Assembly (NCBI GenBank): GCA_016748015.1 | Contig: JAAOMT010000753.1 | Span: forward strand, 1-26,614 | Source: Geosiphon pyriformis uo1 | Taxonomy: Eukaryota; Fungi; Glomeromycota | Reading direction: 5' to 3' | Length of the DNA: 26,614 bases | Notes under the pieces: generated by a model | Told to the model about the DNA's origin: nothing | The model's database searches: none | The model's input: the letters and a program-made list of their open reading frames with translations, nothing else | Made by a program: the position numbers and the translations under genes | In this document: positions 10,400 to 22,313 of the stretch, one piece after another | How the letters are laid out: every line of letters starts with the position of its first letter | How positions within the stretch are numbered: the first letter of the stretch is position 1

Positions 10400-13300
10400 A
10401 CAAATGTGCTGCAACTCCACCACAAATCTGATGTATTCCACAAGGGTCTGAGTAGCTTTTTTTTTTTCTTCAAAAACTAAAACAGCTTCAGCATATCAAT
10501 CTTTCATTACAAAACCCTTGTATACTGCTATATAAAGACTTATATCCGAATAACATAATGAGAGTGAAAACAGAATAGCAGATAGAGATGAATTCGAAAG
10601 ACCAGACATTGACATCTATTTTTTAGCAGCTTCAACCAAAATGTTTCTGCAGAGATTAGAGTTGTCAGAACAAGTAAAAACATGATCAAAAAACTCTATC
10701 TTACCATACAGCAAGCACAAAACACTAGGATAACTCCTGTTATACAATTTTTTTCTAACTGCAACTGGCAGCCGTTTATATACAGTCTTTATCAAATATG
10801 TGTGTAAATTGGCTAACTTTTTACTAGTAAACCCAGAAAGCATGTGTGAATTAGGATACCAAATTGTCACAGTAGCATCCCAATCTATTTTCTTAACCAT
10901 AATATTTGAAACTATATTAAAACTTAGACCAGTCTCCCAATAGATACAGCATATTGACCAGTGTAAGTTCTGAGCAAAATGACAAATATTGCCAGATATA
11001 GCAGTTTTCTCAGTGACCAGAAATCTCTTCCAGATTTTAACTGGTAAAGAAAGAGATGAGGAAGCAGTCTCATTAGCCAGCACATTAGCCCTTATGTTGT
11101 CTAATACATCTAAATGTCTTTTAACTTTCACTTACTTAATTGAAATATTTTTATCTTTAAGAAAATTGACTATCTGTAATTGTTTGATCCAACATTGGTT
11201 ATGGAAGTCAGGTGTAGTTGAAGAAGCCTCGGAAATACAGACATCAATTGTCAATTAACTATCTGAGTACAAAATTACTGAACATAAAGATAGAACACAC
11301 TCCAAAGCCAATACCACAGCTTGCAGTTCAGTTAAAGTAGAGGACAGAAGTCCAGTGATCTTAACTCCAATGTTTGCATTTGCAGCCAGAAAGTATGCAG
11401 CTGTTCCACCTGCCACTTCAATAGAACCAGCACATCTTAAGAACTCATCTGTATAAACTTTAATACAATTAGACTACACCTCCAGTAAACTATCACAAAT
11501 CTCAGAAAACCTATCAGAATCCAAAACACTCAGCACATCTTCTTTAGTAGCAGCAGCAGCTCTGACCTCCAAAGAAACAGAATTGGTCATAAAATCAAAT
11601 ATTAAAGAAAACCAGTAAGGCACAGAGCTCCTCGGGTCCAATTGTTTCCAATGCCAAAATGTTTTCCAGTCTATCACCTTTCTTTTCTTGTCAAGAATTC
11701 TATCACCAAAAGCAACACCAAAATGTTTCAATAAAAAAACGGATTTGTAATACAAAGACTAATCCAGAATACCAGATATTAGAAAATCACCAGATTTACA
11801 AAAGACACAAGGTAAATTGTTCACTAAAGATAATTCATTCTCCAAAAAAATTTTCACCACCTTTGCCAAAAAATTGTTCAAAAGACTAACATGCAACTTA
11901 ACAGAAAATTGCAAAGAATTCAAAAGATACCATCCCAAAACTTGCAAATCCCAAAATCTATGATCAAATAAATGTTCAAAAATGCCATGGCCATTAGAAA
12001 ATAAAATTAGTGCCACCAGCTTTTTTTCAGACTGTATTTGTTCAAAAAGCTTCAAATTATATAAAAAAAGGTGGTACAAGATCTTACTGAGAAAGTCACG
12101 CAGTAAACTAGCTTTGGCTCTAAGACTTTTTCTAATCATAATATCCCATTTACAACACACATCTAAAATAACAAAACTGAACTGTATACGATAGCTAACA
12201 ATGGGTTGCAAAACTGCCAAAACCAAATAACAGAATTGTTTGTCTGTAATAGCTTTTCTTAACACTATATTAAAAAAATCTGACATTCTTATAAGCTTGA
12301 GCCAAACTGGACTTAGAAAGACCCTTAGTTGACAGGAAAATACTCAAATATTGGTATAATTTACCCTTTTTAGCAATCAAAATTGGCAATCTATCAATTA
12401 ATAGCAAAGCATTCTTAACTCTCTGATTGATAGAAATTGCTACTGTTTTATTATTATTAATTAAGATGTCATTGATCACAAAAAATTTACTTGCAATGTT
12501 TAAAATATACTGCGTAAATGTCTGACTACTTCCAACCCAAATTGTATTATCAACAAAAGTGTCTGCAGCCAAAAAAAAACTATTTTTTCACTCACTTCAA
12601 TTTTGCCAGACTTTGCTACAAACTTAGAATCAATCCTATACTCACATAAGTGCTCATGTCTTTTTACTTCACACAAAAATGGATCATAAAATATCCTTCA
12701 AAGCAATAAAGAAAAAACCTTCCCTTAATCTAACTCATCATGTACTTTATAACTATCTGAAAGCCCAAAGTCAGTCATTATTTTGTTGATCCAGTCCCCA
12801 TGAATGTTGCCAAAAAATTAGATGAAACATTTACAAATTTTGATGTGATGCAAGCTTGCATACAAATGATACCAGCCTACTGAATCATAAGCTTTGCACA
12901 TATCCTGCAGCATTAACCAAAGCTCTCTGTTTTTCTCCAGAGCATCTTTAATGGCTAAGCCAATAGCAAAAATAAGAGACTGAGTTGAAGTACCTTTCAA
13001 CACTGAAAAATTGTTACCACAAAGAACATTAAATTTGCTACAAACCAAAGATATCCAATCAGATAAAATTTTAAATAGTATTTTACATGCTGTTTTGACT
13101 AATGTAATAGATCTAGTATTTGTTAAAACACTATTTTACTCATAAGGTTTTGGAATCATTGAAACCCATGCTTTTTTTCACAGATTAGAAACTGTATCCA
13201 TACTTAAACACAAATTTAACAATTTCAAAAGACAGGCCAAAACTTCCCTACCACAATACTTCCAAAGTTTATTAGGTATCTCTGATAACCTGGCTGCTTT

Positions 13301-14860
13301 ATTGTTTGGCAAATTATCAACAACCAAAAACAATTCTTCTATACCAATCTCATTCATTATATTAGAGAAAGCATTATCATCCACATAATTTAAAGGCATA
13401 TATTGTCAAGACCAAAGATCAGATATCTTTGAAAGAACTGATTGTTTCTTTGTTCACTCTTCCATAATTTTATTAACCTTGAGTTTTACTTCATTAGGCT
13501 CAATCACCAGTTCATTATCCACTACCAAGTGATCCAAAACCACTTTGCAAAATGGATATTCCAGAATGCTCTTTATTATTTTCCCTTTGTTAGAACAAAA
13601 GTTTTCTATATAATAGTCAATTGCTTTCTTTATAACAGTATCCTCAGCAACCTTAAACTTGCAATACTTGGACTTACGATATCTTTTCTTTATCACTCTC
13701 AAATGTTTAATCAACTCTATCAAGCTCACACTGTTCAAAACTATGCCATTAACTTTGGAAGCTTTGACTATATCAATAGTCAACCAGATCTTAATAAGGC
13801 AGTTCAAATTTAAGAGATTACCAAAGTTTCAATATTTTGCAACTTTTGCAACAAACAGTTCTAATTTAAAAAATTTGGAAGATTGTTTATTCTTCAAACA
13901 GTCATATTTACTATACTAAATTCTAAATAAAACTGTGTCAACAGCTTGTACTATGGCCTCTTCCAACATTTTTTACATTGTATTCAAGTTATCATTGACT
14001 TTTGCCTTCTCAAACATGTCCGACCTAGCCAACAACTTGGCAAAAAAGCAGTCTTTAAAGCTTAACTATTGAATATTATCTGCATTCTTTAATTTGAACT
14101 TTCACCAATCTCAGTTGGCTTGTCTGTGAATGCTAATAAGATGTGTATTCAGCAGCCCACCCAAACCAATTGAAATGAAAACTGACTTATGATCTGTATC
14201 AAAAAACTTAGACACACCATTAACAGAATACAATATCATAGCAAATGCCAAATTCCTACTCACTAAAATAAAATTAATCACTTTCTCAACACCTTTAGAA
14301 TTGTTTTAGGTAGAAGTCTTGGCCAATAAGTGTCCATCAAAAGTATTAACCAGGCTTAAACCCAAACAAAACTTGAAACTTATACTTTTGCCAGACCTAT
14401 TTTCATTAAAATTACCACCCAAAACCACAAAAGAGCTAAAATTGACCACCTTGAAAACCATAGAATTGATATCAACAGCTTGACTAAATTGTGTGCCAAT
14501 AGATGCACCAGCATATAGACTCAAAATCATAACAAAAAGCTTGTTTTTGAACAGAAGACACACAAAAATCAAATGACCAGAAATTTCATTCACTTTTGAA
14601 ACATGCTAAGCCAAAGAATTGTTCATAATTATGGCAACTCCAGCACCACGAAACCCAACATCCAAACCAGAAGTAAAAATCTGAAGTCCATCAAACTTAT
14701 TCATAATTCAAGGTCTAATAACAGATCTTAATTTTGTCTTAGTAACAATCAAAATCATATTTCCCAAATCCTTATGCCAACAAACAATGTCTTCTTGTAT
14801 AGCTAAATTTAACATACTCCTGACATTGTACATAGCTATTCTCTAAATGAGCTCACTCAT
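10400..14860 (-). pseudogene. LINE ORF2 pseudogene: APE endonuclease, reverse transcriptase, RNase H, C-terminal zinc finger
   Basis: APE: IAMYNVRS, VTKTKL, LGGNFN, DTDHK. RT: PNNKAARLSEI, LQDMCKAYDSVGW, TFVDNTIWVG. RNase H: VYTD (11458), ELQAVVLALE, YSDS, KVKRH..LDNIRAN. Zinc finger: CLLYGKIEFFDHVFTC. Confidence 0.93.
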
Positions 14861-16384
14861 TGATACAAAGAATGCACCAAAAAACCTGAATTTATGCACA
14901 ACAGATCTAACTTCCCCAAGATTGAGCCAATAGAAACTTTGAGAGCCATCATTTTAGATTTCAAACCACCAACTTTGAAGGTAAGAACTTTTGAACTACT
15001 CAAACCCAAATCTACTACTTTGTCTTCTAATACCAAAAAAGAGAGAGAAAAGAACAACTAAGAGACATCCAAAACTATATTAGTATCTGGTAATGCCAAC
15101 ATAGAAACAGGAGCAGCTGGAAGTACAACTTAAGTAATAGACACCAGGAGTACCAGCTTCACACCATTTAATCTACACACAATATTTGACACCTGATTAG
15201 CTAGTAATTTTAAAGAACATTTCAGTAAAGCTGGACAATTATTGATTAAGGATTTATTTTGAACAACTGGTGCACTTCTCTTAATACTTAAAGAACCAGA
15301 AGGAAAAGAACCAGACCCAAAACCAGAATTGAAATGAGGCCCACTAGATGGAGAGACAAGTAAGACCACTTGCGCCCAAGATTTGCCACCAAAGACAGCA
15401 GGTCTAGAAATAGAAACACTCTTTTTTGTGTACAATTTCACCAGCTGGAGATGATGGTCAACTGAAGAGACTCTTTTAACAGGTCTTGAGGACTTAAAAA
15501 TGGGCAGAGTTAATGTATCACACTCCAAAACAGAATGGCCAAAATACCCACATTTTTCACAGCAAACCAAGTTTAATTTAGCCCAAGATAATTTAACATC
15601 ACCAAATATCAGCTTAGTGTGATAAGCAGACTCCAAATTCTCCTCAGATCTGAAACCAACTACAGCACAGCATACCTGGTTGCCAGAATTCATTGAGTAA
15701 TTAATAACACAGGTTTTTCCACCAGCTCCATTCAAAAGAGTGCTCAAATTATGAGCAGTTGTTCCCACAGGCAAAGTAAACAGCAATGCTCTGAACCTAT
15801 CTCTTAATGTCCAAGTCTCACAATCACTCACAGTCATGGCCATATGCACCAAATTTTTACCAATCAAGAAGAACCATTTAGCAGCCAATTGTTTAGCCTG
15901 ATCTAATTCAGCAAATTCTACCACAGTTTTTTGCCATAATCCAATAAGTTGAATTTTGATCGACATAATTTCACCAAATTCAGCTAGTGCAGCGACGATC
16001 ATATCTTTTGGCATGTTTATGGAAATTTTTTTGATGACCACAACCTGATCTGAACAAATTCCTTGTCTCTTAAGATCAATATTTACAACAATCTCTTTTT
16101 TCTTGGCCAATAACATGGTTTTCTCCATGCTGCTTTCTGATGTGAAGGTAGATCTGATAATTTTTTCAAATTTTGAGGGAGTAATGGGCCCCCCAAAACC
16201 ATTGACTAATGAAAAAAATTTTCTAACAAATTGAGTTTTTGCCATTGCTGATTTCCTTTCTACAGTTGAAAGATTAATATTCAAAGCAAACAACTTTTTG
16301 ACTAACACTTTCATAGAAGTCTTGATGACCTTTGGGTCAATCCACTTTTTTTCAAGAGAAATAGACAAGCAAGAAGAGAGTACA
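14857..16384 (-). pseudogene. LINE ORF1 pseudogene (RRM-like domains, single CCHC knuckle, C-terminal coiled coil)
   Basis: ORFs 15130-16368 and 14857-15057; VVVIKKISINMPKDMIVAALAEFGEIMSIKIQ...VVEF (RRM-like); CEKCGYFGHSVLEC (CX2CX4HX4C). Homologous to 22532-24267. Confidence 0.9.
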
Positions 16385-17762
16385 ACTTAGTTAAACTCTC
16401 TTCATAGACAGGCTAATAAAAATTATTAGAAGTTTGATTTCAGAGGTGCTGACAATGGTAAATAGAAAAGTTTTGAAGATGCCACTTTAGCCAATGCTGG
16501 AATATTTGCCAATGAGTTTACTGCTGCTGTACAACTCTCAGATTTGGATATTATGTGGGATGTTTTGTGTAAAATATTGACTCTTTTAGCTAATGAGATA
16601 TTTAAGAAGAAATGGTTTAAGAATTTTGATGGAGTTTTCACCAGAGATTCCTTGAGGTTTCATAGGCTAGAGTTGCTGGTGTCTAAGCTGGTTAAGGCTT
16701 CTTGCTTGGTCTCTAGTGTAGAATTTGCTTCATTATTGGATATGTGGTATGGGTTTGATGCTAATAGTGCATCAGTGGTAAAGTCTTTATTTCTTTCAGG
16801 TTCTAATTTCAACATGATTTGCTCGGCTTTGGCTAAAGTGAGGAAATCTTACTGCTCTTCTAAGTTGCTGGAATCCAGGTGGGCTGAAAAAACATGTATC
16901 AAGACAGCAATTAATAAAAAATGGAAAGTTTTAAATCAGATAAGAGTCATACCATTAGAAGTGTTTTGGAGCACCCCTTTCACAAGGTGGTATTGGATTA
17001 TCTGGTTGTAGGTAACGAATTGGTATTGGAGCCAAGCTTAGTTAAATCTAGGGTAGATAAGATTATGGAAGGTTGGACCAGAAAGTGCAGAGTTATGCCT
17101 GACATTTCAGATGAATGATCATGCCAATACCAGTCTCTGGAGTATGTTTTTGATAGTGCTTTTTCTGACATGATGTGTCTTGTTAGTGTTGATGAGTTGC
17201 TTGGTGTGATTTCTGATCTCCTCGAAGATAAAACTACTGGTTTCTCTGAGATTTTGAATAAACTTTGGAAACATTGTAATAAATCAATTTTGGATATGCT
17301 TTTGGTGCTTTTAAACTCTTGTTTAATCTGCAAATCAGTACCTGGTGCTTGGAAGGAAGCTTGGGTATCAATGATTCCTAAGCTGTATGAATGGGATAGA
17401 ATTTTCATGAACACTCAACCTATTGCTTTGATTGAAACTGTCCACAAGATTCTTTCTAAAATTCTCTCTGATAGAATCTCATCAGCATGTAGTACTTTTG
17501 ATGTTTTGTGTGGAGAAAATTTTTCAGTCCTAAAGGATACAATAACACAGTCACCCATTTTTGCCATTGGTTCAGTGGTTGAAGATGCTTTGGAGAAGGG
17601 TTGTGAACTCTGGTTGGTCTTGCAGAACATGCAAAAGGCTTATGATTCTGTTGGGTGAGAGCATCTTTGAAACAGTTTGGTTAGGATAAAGATGTATAGC
17701 AGATTTATTAGATATTTTGGTAGTATTCATAATGATTGCATCAATAGAATAATGACAGATTT
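16385..17762 (+). mobile_element. LINE ORF2 fragment (post-APE linker to RT N-half), second subfamily ('piece B')
   Basis: T*LNSLHRQANKNY*KF...SVLEHPFHKVVLDYLVV...WKEAWVSMIPK...TQPIALIETVHKILSKIL...LQNMQKAYDSVG*...RIMTDF. Homologous to but clearly diverged from ~12770-14150 (-). Confidence 0.93.
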
Positions 17763-17821
17763 TCGATTTTGTATAATATTGGCCTGTATATATTTTTGAA
17801 AATATTAATTTATTGTTGTAG

Positions 17822-18706
17822 AAGCAAAATCAACAAAATCTTGAGAGGCCTTTTGATGAGAATAGCTTTGAACTACTAAAAAAGTCTGATGATTTAAATA
17901 CATTAAGACTTTCATTGTATTATATAGAAAAGTCTGCTGAATTTCACAAAAAAATAAGATTAATGTTTTTATTTAATTCATTCTAAGTTTGATTGCTAAC
18001 TTTTAAACCTATATTTCTTTATTATATAACCTATAGAGAATCAACTTCTGATCAAAGCAATTATCTTTTAGGAAAAAAAGAAGATGTTGCTTTTAATAAG
18101 GAACAAACAATAAAGAAGCAATGTCAAGTTGGAAATACTATGCCATTTTCACTAAATAAAAATGAACAAAATGCAGATTTTGCTGTTGAACAGGATATGG
18201 ATAACATGTATTACCAAGAGCTGTTGTTAGTTGAGGTTTGAAATCTCTATCTTTTAAATATTTTATTATTGTCTGTTATTAATAAATCTTTATTTCATAA
18301 TAGATTTCATGAAATTTGGCTATCAAAATGTATATTAATAGTGAAAATGCTATTGCAAAATATCGGATTTTATTTTTACTAGAAGATAATATTTATAGTC
18401 TAATTAAGTGCTTATTTAACAATGAAGAGTGATCAATAATAGAATTGAACTAGAAAAAGGTTTTATTTTTTATTTATTTTTAGTTTATTTTACTTTTGTT
18501 TTAATGCAGATATTATTTATAGGTTGCAGATTTGCTTTCCCAGATTGATGAGAATAAAATTATTTTTAAAGAAGTATAGCAAGTGTATAAAAGATGCCAC
18601 CATCAATTGTTATGCTGACCTAAACAAACTCAAAGGCATCATTTGTAAAAACCCATTTGAAGATCAGCATTTATATCTGTTCAAAAAAAACTATTATTTT
18701 GAATGA
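17822..18706 (+). pseudogene. Decayed multi-exon gene of unknown family
   Basis: Alternating coding-like blocks and T-rich introns with tag acceptors (~17821, 18036, 18303, 18522), gt donors (18237, ~18460) and a GCTAAC branch-like site at 17995. In-frame stops are present. Confidence 0.45.
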
Positions 18707-18799
18707 GTACAATTAATATATAATACTTTGTAAGAAACTTAAGCATTTTCTATGATTTTTTATTTAACTAATATACTAATATACTACATTTTTCCTTAA

Positions 18800-19420
18800 C
18801 CCATTGTTTTAATTGTACAATATTTGAGAGTTGTAAATTATATTGACAAAATTTAACTTCAACATATGACTAAAAATTTTTTATTGAAGTAATATTAGAA
18901 TTTTGTGCTAATTAAGGAAGTAATTCAACATTTGAAAAGATAAAAAAAAGAATGCACAACTTTTAATGTGTAAATTGGTATATTGTTTTTCTAAAAAAAA
19001 ACTTTTTTTTAGTTTTTTTGCATGAAATTTTACCATAGAAATTGTATAATTAGCCAAGATTTTATAGTTTATAACTTTAATAATATAACCAATCAAAAGA
19101 ACTAAAGAATCCAAACCAATACATAAAAAACATTTTCAAAACATATGACCAAAGCTTTTTCTAACTGTGGCTGCAATACAATTCTTATAAAACTCTTTAG
19201 AAGATTTATGTTATATACATTCAAATTTTGTAATTTTAAATTGTATATATGTAGATTTATCTAACCAAACAATTCATTTAAAATTATCTTCTGTCCAATT
19301 TTTATAAATACAAGTTCATTGTAAAGATTTTTCTTTATTTGATTAAAAAATTAATAGCTTGAAACAAAAAATACATGAGTGAAGTCTTTTTTAAGCTAAT
19401 CCATTTTAAATAGTTTATAT
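18800..19420 (-). pseudogene. Tc1/mariner (IS630-like) DD34E transposase remnant
   Basis: Minus strand: WTEDNFK*IVWLDKST (=VWSDES), CIAATVRKSFGHMF*KCF, F*KNNIPIYT (=FQxDNAPIHT), VELLP*LAQNSNITSIKNF*S (=WPAQSPDLNPIENxW). There are 103 nt between the second D and E positions, i.e. 34 codons + 1-nt slip. Confidence 0.8.
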
Positions 19421-21649
19421 AAAAATAGATTTGTTGATATCTTTAATAAAATTCAATTATATTTGAAAAAGAGTTTAGTAGTAAATTTTTTTATTTTCTA
19501 TTATTAAATATTTGAATTGTTTATATACATATTTGTCAAGAATTTGTGGTTAGTTTGTTTATTTTTAGGAAGTTTTTTTTAGCTTATATGACTTTATACA
19601 TATATTATAAAAGAATGTAAATATTCAATAGTTGTAAAAATTTTACTGTTTGTATATTCTAACTTTTTTGGTATTCAAAAAGTTTTTTTTCAAGACACTT
19701 TTAATGTAGTAAATTTTTTTATGACAAAAATGTTTAATATTTTATATATACACATATAATCTACTATTGTGTTTTACAAAAACATTATTTATGTTGATTT
19801 GTAGATTATAACTATAAGTAATTATAAAAAAAATTATGGTTTAAATTGATAATAGTATTACAATATATAGCCTTTTTTATATATTATATTAAGTATTCAA
19901 TGCTTTTTATATCTTCCTGTATGTTATTTAGATTAAGCAAAAATTATATAAAATTAAATTTTTTATTAAGACTTATAAAATATTCTATTGAACTATTTAT
20001 TTTTAAATATGTAGTCTTTGTTTGTCTGTATAAAAGTGTAATTTTTAATTACTTAATTAAAAAAAATAGATAAAAAAACACTTAAAATATAACAAATAAA
20101 AGGTTTTTAGTCTTATATTATTAAAAAATATAGTTATTTAATATTTAATATTTTAAAAAATAGTAAATTGTATTCAGAATCTCAATACTAAACCTGTTGT
20201 TAATTACTTTCAATTTGACTTTTTAATAAAAATAGACTTATAAAAAGTCATTGAATTTGAACTTGTAATATTTTTTATAGTAACAAAAGTCTTATTTTTT
20301 GTAGAAAAATTGTTCAAGCTTTTTTCATCTTTAATATATTTTCTAATTACACAATACATAATTTTTGTTATGTATTTATCTTATTCTAGCATAAAAATTA
20401 TCTTAAAAGCCAATAGTTTGCAAAATATTCTTGAAATTTTAAAGAAAATTATTCATGTGTTTAATTAAGAGACTATTAATTCACTCTGTTTATATAAAAT
20501 TGCAAATAACATATATGTAAAAAATAAATATTGTAAATTTGTTCTAATAAAAAGTATATATAATGTAAAGTTAAATCGAATTTTGCTAAATTGGTTTATA
20601 AAATTATATAAATATAATATTAATAAGCAATAATATTTGAATTATATTGAGAATAAAATAAATTATCATACATATAATAATAGTTATCTTGCATCTTGTT
20701 TTTTTTATCTATTAACTGTTTTTAAGCTTCTTATAATAACAATATTAATTAAGTTTAATAAATATTATTAATAGATGCTAAGATATACACATTAATTTAA
20801 TGTTTATAAAGTTTGAATTGTGTATTATATATATACAGACAATTTTATTGAAAATTTTTTTTGGCAGTTTAAACTATTGCAAAAAAAGTGTCTAAATATT
20901 ATGCACTTTTAACATGACTTGAAATTTAAAAATATAAGAATAAATACCATATTAATAAATGCCTTTGATGTTTTTAAGATAATTCTAAATCAATAAGTTA
21001 TATTATAACTTTAATGACAAATATTATATTAATTAATTAATATAATAAGATTTGTAAACATAAAATATAATTTCAAGATACATTATACTTATTTTTATAA
21101 TGCCAATATTAAAATAGTTATTTTTATAAAAAATTCAAATTTGAATTACAAATTAAATAGTTTATTATATAATTTTATTACATATATATTTGGCAATCTA
21201 AAAAAATTCAATGAAGTATATTTAGCATATGCTCATCACTTAAAAATATAGAATGCAAATGTATATTACTCAGCTATAATTGGGATAAAGTTCTAAGTTA
21301 ATCTAAAAAAATCGGAATAAAAGTTAGTTTTAAGCTTAATACTATAGAAAATTTGTTATATTTAGTTAATTACACAAATTAATAAAAACATTAAATTTAG
21401 GTTTTTGGTCGAAATAATTGAACAGTTCAATTGTTTTTATGTATATTAATTTGAGATTATGTTAATTACATATTTTTGAAAAAGTTTTTGTTTTTTCTTA
21501 TTTATTTATATACATTATTTTTTTTACAAATTTTTTAAGACTTGTAGTTTTAATAAAGATATATCTATAACAAATTAGTAAAAAAATTATTATTAATTTT
21601 AATATAAATTATAATATTTTTTATAAATAACAAAGTAAAAGATTATTGA

Positions 21650-22160
21650 AAATAATAAAAATAATTAAAAAAAAATTTATTTAAAAAAACAAATTGAATT
21701 TATAAGAATTCAATATGCATAATTAGTTTTAAAATTACAGTTACTTAATTTTTTGTAAAATTTAAAGATAAAAAAATAGTTTATAATTGTTATTAAAATA
21801 ATACTGTTGTTATTATTTAATGCATTTTTAAGTAGTTTTTAAAATTATTTACAAGTATTATTGTGTTTTTTAATTATTTTTTTATTCAATAAATTATAAG
21901 AACAAATAAATATTTTTTTGGCTAATACTAACAATACAAATTAAAAAAAAAAAGATAAAATATATAAATTCCAACAAAAAATTTTTTATTCACAAATATT
22001 TAGATACTTAAAAGTAAAAAAATTAAAAAAATAGAATAAGCAATATAAAAAAAAGTATTATTATATTTGTTATCTAGATTTTATATTTTTTTATAACAGA
22101 AAAATTTATTGTTCATATAGTTATTAAAAAAAATTAATAATCAAATTAATAATTAAATTA
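21650..22160 (+). repeat. Highly decayed dispersed repeat, copy 2 (homologous to 5080-5550)
   Basis: See copy 1; similarity stops just before the LINE 5' end at ~22185. Confidence 0.68.
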
Positions 22161-22313
22161 ATAATTATACTAAAATATATATGAAAAACTCTCTCTTATC
22201 AATCCCCTAACCATGATAAGAGCGAATTTTACCAAAGTCTTAATTAGTTTTTTTCCCTTTTACCCTCTATTTTCTTTCTAATTATTCCTTCTGATTTTTT
22301 TCCTTTTGTTGTA

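Larger units (their letters stand above)
10400..16384 (-). mobile_element. Non-LTR retrotransposon (LINE) copy 1, main body; 5'-truncated and decayed
   Basis: Collinear ORF1 and ORF2 (APE, RT, RNase H, CCHC) fragments with many stops. It continues at 7030 after the LTR insertion and lacks roughly 0.6 kb of 5' sequence present in the copy at 22185. Confidence 0.96.

Noticed and set aside
10989-13919. Plus-strand ORFs (10989, 11659, 11982, 13442, 13659) and similar antisense ORFs at 6767, 16426, 16998, 17415, 22417, 22505, 23931
   Set aside because: Antisense shadows of LINE coding sequence.
16385-17762. Twin-priming 5' inversion of LINE copy 1
   Set aside because: The inverted piece duplicates ORF2 sequence already present in copy 1 and is too diverged (different subfamily).
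19846-20073. 75-aa ORF (also 24937-25131)
   Set aside because: I/K/F/Y-rich composition expected by chance in very AT-rich DNA.
19900-21300. Further transposase ghosts (also 1900-2900 and 25100-26450)
   Set aside because: Coding-like texture is present but I could not recover a convincing motif series.
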